Source: Eledone cirrhosa (Eukaryota). From it: DNA of 64,000 nucleotides. The stretch covers positions 372,992,001 through 373,056,000 of the forward strand of contig OZ024741.1 of the NCBI GenBank assembly GCA_964016885.1. The letters are read 5' to 3'. Within the stretch, counting starts at the first letter, position 1; each line of letters begins with the position of its first letter. Below, piece after piece: positions 36,240 to 48,336 of the stretch. The notes under the pieces were generated by a model. The model did no database searches, was not told the DNA's origin, and saw only the letters and a program-made list of their open reading frames with translations. The position numbers were made by a program, and so were the translations under genes.

Positions 36240-36630
36240 TATCAAAACATTTGAAAAATTGAGCAAGTATAAGGACCTGGAGATAGAAATTGGAAAAATG
36301 TGGAAATTGAGAACTAAAACAATACCAGTGGTTGTAGGCGCTCTGGGAATGATACCTAAGGGGTCTAACGACTACTTATCGCAAATCCCAGGAAACCCGC
36401 GTATAGGAGAAATACAAAAGATAGTACTAATGGGAACTGCCCATATACTAAGGAAGATCCTGTCAATATAAGTACATCACAAGTCTAAACACTAAGGATG
36501 CATGTGTGAATATGTGTGTTCTTTCTTGAACATGGCGGACCTTGTTGTCTCTTGAGGTCACTGGTTGTGACTTGGTGATAACTCGTATAAACATAAAGCA
36601 AGATAAATGCAAATAATAATAATAATAATA
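36239..36630 (+). mobile_element. R4/Dong-clade non-LTR retrotransposon 3' end inserted in (TAA)n
   Basis: EKLSKYKDLEIEIGKMW...IPVVVGALGMI...IQKIVLMGTAHILRKIL*; (TAA)n on both flanks. Confidence 0.9.
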
Positions 36631-37464
36631 ATTGTTTCTACTTTTGGCACAAGGCCAGCAATTGCCCAGTGTATTACTGGTACTTTAATAATGATTTCTT
36701 TATTAACCACAAGGGTTGACACAAAGTATAACATTAAGGACATCACAGGACAATACAGGACAGTACAAATGGGCATTTCTGCAGAGGATGTAACAAAACA
36801 AAGAAACAAGGAAAAATCCCCCAAATAAAAAGGTCCCCGCCGAGGTACAAGCCTGAGCAAGGCGTTTTTGTGGAAGACCAGTAGTCGCCCATGCATACCA
36901 GTCTCCTTTCTCCATGCCACCAATATTGTCTAAGAGAAATGATGATGATGATGGTGTTGGTGGTTGTTGTAGTGATAGTGGCGGTGATGATTATGATGAA
37001 GGTGCTGCTGCTGATGATGACGATGTTTCTGCATTTGAAAACCTATTTAATCCAGCAACTTAATATGAGGAATAAGATCTTGGTTGTATGAAATTTGAGA
37101 TTATCTAAACTCTGATAACTCAACTGCAATTAACTTGGAATTAATATCATATCTTAGAATAATATGACTTCACTTGATAAAAATAGAATTATATAGGTAA
37201 TGAATAAGGATTATATATTACTTAATACAGTAATACAGAGTATGAATTGGGCAAGGGGAACCTACTTCCATGAGAATCAAGTGTGAGACTAGCTATAAAG
37301 ATTACAGAAGAGATGTTGAGTAAATCAGTTCCCTCTATCCATCCACTCATGGGCACTTAACTCTTAATGGAGATCGAGGGACACCATTGTTATATATGGT
37401 GTTTCTTGAGCATTTAAACCAGGTTGAAATAGCCAACTTCTTCTTCTCCCCTTTCGTTTTAGAA

Positions 37465-37632
37465 ATAGATAGACAGACAGATAGATAAATACATAGACAG
37501 ATAGATAGATAAATAGATAGATAGATATATATAGATAGATAGATAGATTGAGAGATTGAGAGATAGATAGATAGATAGCTAGATAGATAGATTGAGAGAT
37601 AGAAGATAGATAGATAGATAGATAGATAGATA
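37465..37632. repeat. (GATA)n microsatellite
   Basis: Directly visible. Confidence 0.95.
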
Positions 37633-39376
37633 TTCTCACCCTCAAAAGGGTTGAAACGCAAAGTTAACCTCTGGGATGGGGACTCTTGAAAGTAGAGAGT
37701 CAGAACAAATACCACAAATTATTCTATCTGATGTTCTAACAACTCAGCCACTTCGACGACTTGAGTAAATCAATTATATAAAGAAAAACAAACAAAAAAT
37801 ACCCCCCCCAAAAAGACAAAAACAAATAAACAAACCAAGCAGCTGAGCTTTCAGAACTAGTTCCAGAACTTGCAGTAATATCAAAAAGGATTATACCAAT
37901 CAGGAATGTAATCAGGCAGAATTTTAGACATTTTTTTTTTTTTAGATTTCAATATAAATATACAAATGCATTTTTTACATTTTTTTCCTCCTTTTTATGG
38001 AAGATGGTAGTTCCAACTAACTGAACATTTTGTTCTTATTTCTGATATATTTATTTCTGATGGATCACTTTTTGATCCTCTAGCAGAAGTCCTACATATA
38101 ACCTGAGTATATATTCCTAGATTCCATTACCAATACTAATCACTCTCTTGGCAATTCTGATTGAAAAAGAAGATATTATCTCTATTAACTAAGACAATTG
38201 TATTCTGATTAACCACTAGGACAATAAATAGATGCACTAGAAAGAAAATTACAATAGAATTAAGCTTATAAGCCATGTAATTCATTTATTCTCGTGTTTT
38301 GTAAATCTCATAGCTATTTGTCAGTTTTCAATTAATTCAATGTTCAATATAAATAAAAACAACTAGTTTTGATATAAAATACTTCAAAGAAATACTGGAA
38401 ACAAATGACAGACATTATAATACATGTCAATTTTACTTCAATGTAAACATACAGATAGAAAATAAAAATAAAACCATTTGTAAAGAACAAATTGTGTAGA
38501 TTCTAATGAATAGTTAAGGGAATAAGTTGAGAGAATGGCTTGAACATAAATGAATTGAAATTGTAACAGAACACTGCTTCATGTTTAGAAGAGAGGTAAA
38601 TATATTAATATAGACTGACCAAGTTTAGAATACAGGTAAGTATAGCGAATTGGCAGAGCTGTTACAACGTCAGACAGAATGCTTTGCAGTATTTATTCCA
38701 GCTCTCTGTTCTGTGCGTTTAAATTCTGCTGAGTTCAACTTTGCTTTTCATCCATTCAAGATCAATATAAAAAAAGTACCAGTCTAGTACTAGGGTCAAT
38801 TCTTCCTTTATATCTCTTTCTCACTTCCATACTCTCACTCTCTATCTTTCTCTGGCAGAAATCTGTTGTATTCGGCCCTGGAGGAGAGAAGATGGGCTCC
38901 AATAGAAACGCCATATGTGAATACAGCGCCCCTATAACTCTTTCAGGAGTTACATGACCATCCTTCTATCACTCAATGGAAAAATTCTGAGAGATGCTGG
39001 CGAGAATACACAAATGGTGGTAGGTGAAATAAAACCTTTCATATAGGAAATATCCTAGACATGAAAGATTTGGCAACAAGAATGAGACAATATAGAATTG
39101 AAATGCATAGGAAGTTTACAAACCAGGTCAATCGAGACAAATATTGAAAAGCAGACATTAAAATAAGGAGGTTGTTGAGTATTCCTTTTACTCAGTTGGA
39201 AGAAGGTGGGCAGCATTAGAAAAAAATGATTTTCTGACTCACACAATATACTCATCTCTCATCCTTTCTTCATCTCAATCTTGTCACACAATCTAGGTCC
39301 CACATATGCCTCAGCAGAATGTAAACCCTCCAGAATTTTTTCCTGTCCACATTTACATCAACTTACAGATGTTTAA

Positions 39377-39620
39377 CTCTTTTGATATCAACCTGCCTAA
39401 AACTGTTTGTTTCTATGGAACAAAACTACCCATTTTAAAGGCTTCCTATTTAAATTAAAATCTTCTACCATAATTTGATTTAAGAACATTTTGTTAAGTT
39501 ATGTTATAAACACCATTTTAATAATGAAGCAATTAAAAATAATTTAAGTAAATCCTTCCAAATTGTTCATTAATTAATTAAAATAGAGTGTATTTAATTA
39601 AGAATACTCTCATAAAAGGG
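39377..39620. mobile_element. piggyBac-like MITE family B
   Basis: TTAA|CTCTTTTGAT...AAAAGGG|TTAA. Relatives at about 22150-22348, 25070-25330, 43400-43637, 48730-48990, 55860-56111 and 63700-63945. Confidence 0.7.
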
Positions 39621-39806
39621 TTAAATTTAACATCAACTGCATCAATCTTATCAAACTAAAAAAAACCTACAAAGGCCACAGTAATGCCCCTTCATCCTGA
39701 CTAAACCACAACAAAAAGTGAACAACAATATCACTGATCTTATAATGATTTAGTAGAAAATATATAAAAACGTGTTTTTTAATTTCAATGATTAAATGGG
39801 ATATCA

Positions 39807-41460
39807 TTTTTTTTTTTTTTAAACACTTTAGTCTTTATTGTGTTGTATCAGATGAAAGAATGGTATTTAACTAATGTATTGGTATGCGATGGGGCCCACC
39901 CACAGCCCCGGCGGACAGAATGGAGAAGGCGTTTCCCCGGAGGATGGCAAGGGAGACGCGCTGGAAAAGCCACTCCAACTCGCGGGGCTCACACCTGCGG
40001 CTGGCCAGCTCAGCGCCTATGGTGGTGAGTAAGAAGGTAGCCCTGGGGCCGAGGACCCCAAAAGTGTCCACTGCCAGGGGAACGACCGCAAACCTGTCGG
40101 AGGGCAACCGGTATTTGAGGAGTTTGCCCCCTCAGCCCGACGTGCAGCAGAACCTGGGTCAGTCGCAGACTGCACCAGGTTGCGGCTGCAGAAAGTGTCA
40201 GTGCAAGTGGCATCACAGACGAGGGGTTTGCCACCGCAGAACGGGAAGATGGTCATGCCATCTGGCCTTTTGCCATCCCCTTGATCCAGCCCCACCGGTC
40301 GAGCTGGGAAGGGAAGCCTGCAGCGTCCAAGCCATGCTTAATGACCTCGTTGAGGGCAGTATGGCGTGGAATGCGGCCGTCACTGTGGCGACAGGAAAGC
40401 GGGTGGAGGCCGAAAGAGTCCACGGTGGAACCGCAGCGACATTGGTGTGGCTGGCAGATCCGGAGGGCGACCTTCAGGGAAACGCCGATTCACAAGCTAT
40501 GGTTGTCTAGCTGCGTGCCAGTAGAGAAGGAGGGCAGGGCATGGAGCCAGGCACCACTGTGGGGTTTGGAGGCCGCACGAAAACAAGCAAGGCGGTGCTG
40601 GTTGAGCTGGCGCGTGAGCCTGTCTGAGGCCAGGCTGCACTGGATGGCATCCCAAGTGTGTTGGGGGGACTTGATGTCAACAGGGGGAGAAGGAGGGACG
40701 TCTACTGGGCTAAGTCCCAGCCGGTCCCTCGTCTCACAGGCGGCCTCACGTTCTCTGAACACAGAGGGTTCTGTTGTGTTTTGAAGAACCCTGCTGATGA
40801 GGACGCGGCACGAGGTTACCGACGAAAGATACGCCAGCAAAGCTAGTGAGATCGGGGACTGGAGGCCTAGGCCGCCATACCTGACCGGTAATGTGGCCTG
40901 TTGCCACCCTATGTCGTCAAACTTGACATTGCATATCCCCTCGGCTGCTGCTCGGATACAAGTAATGAGGTCAGCGAGGAGAGATGTCTGGGTGTAGCAT
41001 GGAGCACTGCGGAGTGTATAGAGGAGCTTCGGCATGGCGAAGCAGTTCCTCAGCAGAAAGAGAGCTGGGTGGCTGTCAATCAAGCCCAGTCAGCGTGTGA
41101 GAGTCTGGAGCTGTTGAAGCCTGGACCTGATGGTGGAGCGAATGGCCGGCGGGTGGATCGGTGACCCGAAGATGAGGACATCCTCTTTGAGGATCACCTG
41201 AACCTGGCGGAGAATGAACCACACGTCTAAGACGGAGGCTGCAAAGCTCACAGCATCGAGGCTGACGTTCACCACCTCCGACTTGGCCGAGTTGACCCGG
41301 AGGCCGATTCCTGCCAGGGCAGGAATCACCGATTGAAGGTATTGGCAGACCGTCCGCACGGGCCCGCCCAACATAGCATCATCCAGATACCAAACGTTGA
41401 GAGGGGCCGTGATACTCTGGGCGATGTGGTCAATACCAAGGGTGAACAGGAGGGGTCCCA
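39807..41460 (-). pseudogene. 5'-truncated CRE-clade non-LTR retrotransposon (RT plus RLE), frameshifted
   Basis: GPLLFTLGI...WYLDD; CFAMPKLLYTLR; QATLPVRYGGLGL; HSGAWL; KRPDG...D.TC.DT; PLAVDTFG; FQRVSLAILRGN; AATAAA and a 14-nt poly(A) at 39807-39820. Confidence 0.92.
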
Positions 41461-44400
41461 AAAAAAAATGATTAAAGTATCTTTACTAATTCGTAGATCA
41501 TTGTGAAAATTTGATGTAAACAAATGATTTAAAAACATACATTTTTAATCTAATACAAATGGAGTAGTGTTTTGTTAGAGAATGTTTTGGTAAAGCGGTT
41601 TAATGTTGTACAGGATGTTAATATTGCCTTCAACTAGGATTTGGTTTTTCAGAAAACTATAGTGTTGGTTGATGAGAAAGAAAAAGAGTGATTCAGACAT
41701 GGTTGTTATAACTGTCTCTCAACTTCATAGGAAATGCAACAAATATGATGAGAAGATGCTGATGATTAAGGTGATAATGATGATGGTAGTGGGATCCAGT
41801 ATGATGAGTTTAGCTTCATCACTAATATTTCTTTTAGGAAAATTCTGTCTATGAAGCCTTAAAAAGAATCTATAATATATAGGTGGGACTGCAACTTTAG
41901 AAAAAAGTCAACCTGTAAAGTAACATATAGATATGTTCATTGGCTTCATAGCTTCTATATAGTTATGGGGTTTACTGTAGAAACTAAGAACACTATGACA
42001 TATCTCGAGGCTGTAATATAATGTTTCTAGTAATATATGAATCTGCAGACCATCACCTATTCAGCCACTGCTGACAAATAATGACAGGAAAAGCTTAGAG
42101 CAAAATTATAAGATAGACGTTATACAAAATGTTCATTTAAATGAAATATTCAAGAATTTAAATTACAGACTTAATTTATACAAGATATAAACAAGAAATA
42201 TTATTTAAAAAATGACTACTATTGGAGGGATATTGAAATTCATTGTCGTTATTGATTTGCCATTAATTGTGCAGTTGAGTAGCAGGAAGTATAGACTGCC
42301 AGACTGAATGCCTTGCAGAATTTATTTAGATTATATAGCAGGTTTTTTTTAAATTTTGTTTTGTGTTTTTTTTTCTCAGGGATAACTTTACCTTCTATCC
42401 ATCCAGAGTCAATAAAATAGATATCAGGAATCAATTAAATCACCTATATCCCACTACTAAACATATATAGTATTGTATAAATGTGATTAACCATTATTCA
42501 TTTTATATTATTAAATGATAATTACCAATCGTCCAAACCAACTACAAAACCTCACATTGCCAATTGACCTGTGAGAAATAGCAGCCAAATTACATCCTAC
42601 AACATCAAAAAAGAAGGATACATTACATAGCCCTAAAAAGATAAGCATGGTCCACCACCCCTCCTAGGCTTGACTGCTTTTGATCAGCAGTCTACCCAAT
42701 CAGAGCAGGCATGAGACTAAACAACAACAAATTATCCTTTCATTATTTTCAAATGACTGTCTTAAGTAATATCAAAAATTAAAACAAGAAACTACACAAG
42801 CCAACAAGGAGGCCACCATGTCGTCACTCAACCTGCTAGAAATAACAGCCAACTTTTCTTCAAATCACACTGTAATGTCTTAAAGAAGGACACTATTCCT
42901 GAAAATATGACGGAATGGACAGGATTTAGATGCCTTTGATTAAAGATCTATTTGATTAAAGATCTATTTGATTAGAGATGAACTAAACAAGAAGCTAATA
43001 AATAATAAATACTTTTTGATTCCTAGCATGTTGAGATGAAGAATAAAGTGGTTAGAAGAATCTATTTCTTTGTAGTGTTGGTGTCCTCTAAGGCTTAAAA
43101 AATTTATGTTAATAAAAAAGCATCAATAGGAAAGGTATACTATTTAATTGCTGTTATTAAACCCCAGGTAAGGCTATGTCAAGTAATTTTATGATCAAAT
43201 ATCTTCCATGCAATATTTTTGTATGTCTAGGACTTCATTTAAAGGAATTTTGCTACTATATCTAGCAGCTCCTTTGCAGGATTGTGCAGTGCAGTTTCTA
43301 TCTAAAGGTATTCCTATAAACATACATAAAGAAAGGCCTATTTGTGTTGGAGAGGTACTCTAATGTATCTATAAACTAAAGTGTTGCTTATGTATTTTAG
43401 CCCTTTCATTACCAACTTGCACTAAACCAGCTCTGGTCCTAAGAATCAAAAACCACCCATTTTAAATAGCTCTTATTTAAATTAAAAATCATCCAACATA
43501 ATTTTGTATAAGAACTATATGCTAAGCTACTATCTTAGTAATGAAATGATTATTAATATTTTAAAATACCTCAAAATTCTCTATTAATTAATAGAAATAG
43601 AATGTATTTCATTGGAAATATGGCCATGGAAGGCTTAAGAGTGTACCAAAGGAAGGGCGAGACATGGACAGAAAAATATAGTATTAGAACATCAACTAAT
43701 TATTCAAATAGACATCAGATTATTTAAGAATGTTCAATAATATCTTTGTATAGTTTGGCATTTTTATCCAGTTTGCTTTTGATTACTATCTGCATGTGAT
43801 GTTTGGTGTATGTGCAACAGCTATTTCCTCCACTACTTAATGAACATCTTCCTGGGCTATAAGGAACTGTTAATTCTTTCATTAGCCTATTTCTGATAAA
43901 ATACAGTGTATCTAAATTAATCAATGATCAATTTGAAGAAATTTAATTAAATTAGTTAAATTATAAAGATGGTATTTGTAACATAACAACAGAAGGGTTT
44001 TTATATAAAATTATGCTAGAACATTTTAATTTGAATAAGGACCTTCTAAATGGATGGTTTTGTTCCGTAGAACCTGAGGTGGTTTTGGAGCAGGTTGGTA
44101 TGAAAAGAGTTAATGTTTCAACAAAGTGGTGCATATATTTTTGGACCACAAACAGAAGCATCAGTAACTTGCAGCACTTCAGTCCTGCTGCACTGTATAT
44201 GTATGTGTGTGTGTGTGTAAAGATAAAACAAGCAGGTAACCAGGTGCTATAACTCCAGGTATGCAACAGGTGTAAAATTGACAATGTATCAAGTTGGATG
44301 TTTAGTGACCTCTGCCCTTTTCAAAGTGTGATGGATATAAACAAGTATTAATTTGTTATTAATAAAATATTAGTTTCATGTGTGAGTATTTCAGACTAGC

Positions 44401-45320
44401 TGGCATGTGTGCGTGTGTGTCTCTTGGGTTAGAATGCATTAAATTTTATGTTGAATGTGAAATATTTGCATAAAGAATCTCAACAAAATGTTCTCATTAA
44501 TAAAAATATTTGAAATTAACAAATAATTATAAATATTTATGATAAATATATATGTATGTTTATTCATCTCATGCTATAAATAGTGAATTGCTTCACTTTT
44601 AGAGATAAGAAGTGATCAGCCTTATTTAACTTTGATGTGGAGGATGTGACATTGATGCATTTCTCAGGGGTATTTAGAGGCACAAAGGAAATAGCTACAT
44701 TGCTTGCCACTTATGATAAATAAACTTATAAAATGAAAACTATGTGCAGACTAAATGTTTACATGATGTTAATATCTCATCTTCTTTTAGTGCAGAGGTC
44801 TCTGCGGAATTTTAATTAATAGGACTAATTGCTGCATAGAATTTTGTTAATTTATTTATGAAAATACTTTTATTAATGCATGAAATTAATTAACACTATA
44901 TAAATGTTATCAACAGATATATAAACTAGAACATAGTGATAGAAAAGAAGAAATTACAATATTAAAATATGTATTAAAAAAAGAAACAATTTTTGCAATG
45001 CCTACTACACTTGTAAAGGAGCAAGAGGTGGTTAAAATATCTGCAACATTAAAAAATATATATTTTATACCTATATCCAAAACTGCTTCCTTTACCATAA
45101 TCAATTTTCAGATTTCTAAAATATCGCTTCAAAATTAATATATTAGAATATATTCTAAACTAAAAATTCTTTAAGTTTTTGCACTGAAAAATGAAGTATT
45201 TTTGAATAAGAAAATTTATAAACCTAACGGTTAATATTTTGATGCTATATATATTTTACTTAGTTAAGATTTTGCTATAAATTTAATAAACTAAAATGAT
45301 GAGATATGAAGGAAGCTTAC

Positions 45321-45406
45321 CTTTGCCAGAATGAATAACGTTGTTTTGGTACTCTTAGTGCGCTGGTACTAAGGACCCGAGGTAGAATCAGTTTAGGACT
45401 CTCCAT
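45321..45406 (-). CDS. Candidate first coding exon of an unknown host gene (MESPKLILPRVLSTSALRVPKQRYSFWQ...)
   Basis: ATG to consensus donor AAG|GTAAG, locally higher GC, lies in repeat-poor sequence. Confidence 0.4.
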
Positions 45407-46570
45407 TGAGGAATATTTTAGTTGTGAGTTTTAAAATAGTTTCCAAAATGTCATGTCCTGTTAGAGTTGTATATAAACAAGCTATATAAATCCTACATTT
45501 TCTTTTCTTTTAATCAGTTAGTGAAAGATCAAACTGAAAAGTCCATAATATTCATTCTATGTATATATACATATTGTGTAAACTTCATATAAACAAGCTA
45601 ATAGAAAAAGTTTAAATATATAATACTACTACAGATGCACATACACTCAGTGGTTGTGTGTATGGGTGCATGTGTGTGTGTGGGTACGAGTGTTTATGTG
45701 TGTGTGTGGGTGTATTTGTGTGTTAACATGTGCAAAAACTAAGGAAGATAGAAATATTCAATGTAGTTATTGTGTAGAATCATTATAGTAAAGCATTAAG
45801 ATAGAAATTTGAACATTTCAAGCTATTGAAAAGTAAATTTGTATTTTTCTGAATTTTGGACTACCAGTATATAAATGATAATGAAAGGAGCTCTGTTGTT
45901 GTTAAATAAGGCCGAAAGTGCTGTCAAACAGTAATGAATTCAAATTTAGCATCCATATATATACACACAAGCTAGTTTCTATATTCTTTAGAAATACTAG
46001 GAATATTTCAACTTAAAATCTCTCATTTCTTGGCTTCTTTCCTTTTTGTTCAGCTAGTCACGATTGCTGTTCTTCTTTTATGAAAGAACACATCAATACT
46101 AACATGAAAGTTAGTAGGCCACAGCTGCAAACATTGTTACAACTGCTGCTGCTACAGTTTAGTTAGTTTCAGAGTCTAAGCAATGTTGCTGCTGTTATTG
46201 CTGCTGTTGTTGCTGCTGTGTTCATACTGCCACTATTACTACTGTCACTATTACTACTACTACTGCTGCTCTTACTCGTGTTGTTATTGCTTCATTTCTC
46301 TCCTCCAATAATACTGGATTTTTCTTTTCATTTCCCCTTCTCCTCTCACTTTCCAGCTTAAACTACTATATCAGTACAAGCAGAGACAGCCTTTACAAAT
46401 CAGTTCCCACTGTTAGTGGCCACAAAACTTTCTTGCTTAATTAAATAGCACCAAAGGCAAGAAATGATCAAGAACCTTATAATCTTTATTCTCTATTTCA
46501 ATGTTATTATGAAATTTGGAAAATATATACCAAAATCAGTAAACAACTATATATATATACACACACACAC

Positions 46571-46579
<9 letters not shown>

Positions 46580-46602
<23 letters not shown>

Positions 46603-46945
46603 GAAATTATTGTGTACAATGCTCAGGTGCACTACAACTCATCAAAGGTGCATGTATAGTACATTGAATAATGTACAAATGTCAGGAAAATGAACAGTGT
46701 ATGAGTCATGATATAATAATAATAATAATAATGAAATATTGTGTACAGTGCCCAGGTGCACCACAACTCATCAAAAAGTGCATGTACAGTACATAGGGCA
46801 ATGCACAAACATCAGTAAAATGAACAGTGCACGAGTCATGATACACACGTGTGTGCATGTGTATGGAAGGGGTACATCAGGTGTAGCTTTGGCGCATTTC
46901 GGGAAGCATGAGTGTCTTAAAGGATGCAGTGTCTCGGCAGCTAAC
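46580..46945 (-). mobile_element. Two tandem CR1 3' ends
   Basis: Match 33688-33915; each has its own (ATT)n tail. Confidence 0.85.
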
Positions 46946-46949
46946 ATAT

Positions 46950-47004
<55 letters not shown>

Positions 47005-47007
<3 letters not shown>

Positions 47008-47580
47008 TCATCATCATCATCATCATCGTTTAACGTCCATGTTCCACGCTTGCATGGGTTTGGACGGGAGTTTTCCCACTTGAGGCAAGAGTGGTTGTCT
47101 TGCTCGCATAGGACTGTCTGGCGGGTTTTCTACAGCTGGATGCCCTTCCTAACACCAACCACATTTACAGTGTGGGACTGGGAGGTTTTACCGTGTTGCC
47201 TACACGGCCACATTACATTGTGGACTGTGTGTTTTTTTTGTCGTGACACCTACACAATCTCATTTGTTTCGGCCTGGATGTTGTGGCACCAACATAACTT
47301 TACATTGAAAGGGGCGGTGTTGATGGGGTGGGGGTGGCGGGTGTAGATGGGTGTGTGGGTGTGGGGTATTTTGTTAGAGATGCCTACTGACTGTAGTAGG
47401 TTTTACTTTGTATTTAGGTAAGGCGGGTCTTCTCTATTACTGAGTGCCACCAAAGATCTCGGTCCAGTGACATTGTCTTGGAGAGGTGTAAGTGTGTGAA
47501 GTCGGAGTTTATCAGGTCGTCCCAGGTTTTTCTGGGTCTGCCTACTCCGTGGCTACTGTCTATCTTTATTGCCCTACACT
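47005..47580 (-). mobile_element. RTE-tailed SINE pieces and an RTE LINE fragment
   Basis: 47005-47200 is nearly identical to 33340-33540; 47380-47580 reads SRGRPRKTWD-like on the minus strand. Confidence 0.7.
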
Positions 47581-47744
47581 TTTTTATATATATATATATT
47601 TATTAAAATAACAGATTAAAGTTTAAGCAAAGAATCGCTGCTTTCACCCTTAACGGGATCTTCTGACGGGTTCTTATATATTTGATATATATTTATCCTT
47701 ATCGAGCCCTCTTTGGATTTTAGTCTTCAAATTTATTATTATTA

Positions 47745-47745
47745 C

Positions 47746-47781
<36 letters not shown>

Positions 47782-48001
47782 CATATATATACATATATAT
47801 ATATATACATATATATATTTCGTTTCTGAATTTGTTTAGCAACATGACCCTCCCAAAGTATAACAATACATATATATACATATATATATATACATATATA
47901 TATATACATATATATATATACATATATATACATATATATATATACATATATATATATACATATATATATATACATATATATATATACATATATATACATA
48001 C

Positions 48002-48032
<31 letters not shown>

Positions 48033-48049
48033 CATATATATATACATAC

Positions 48050-48112
<63 letters not shown>

Positions 48113-48119
48113 TATATAC

Positions 48120-48150
<31 letters not shown>

Positions 48151-48163
48151 CATATATATATAC

Positions 48164-48194
<31 letters not shown>

Positions 48195-48195
48195 C

Positions 48196-48226
<31 letters not shown>

Positions 48227-48303
48227 CATATATATATACATATATACATATACATATATATATACATATATATATATACATATATATATATACATACACA
48301 CAT

Positions 48304-48335
<32 letters not shown>
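47745..48335. repeat. Long (TA)n/(TACA) microsatellite interrupted by a 50-bp Penelope pLTR fragment
   Basis: 47819-47868 matches two pieces of 63565-63650, one of them inverted. Confidence 0.9.

Positions 48336-48336
<1 letters not shown>

Noticed and set aside
38132-38157. Minus-strand microexon linking the 45321 and 18645 candidates
   Set aside because: Phase-compatible, but the donor is weak and such matches arise easily by chance.
39884-40784. Plus-strand 208-aa and 167-aa ORFs
   Set aside because: Antisense shadows of the GC-rich CRE coding strand.
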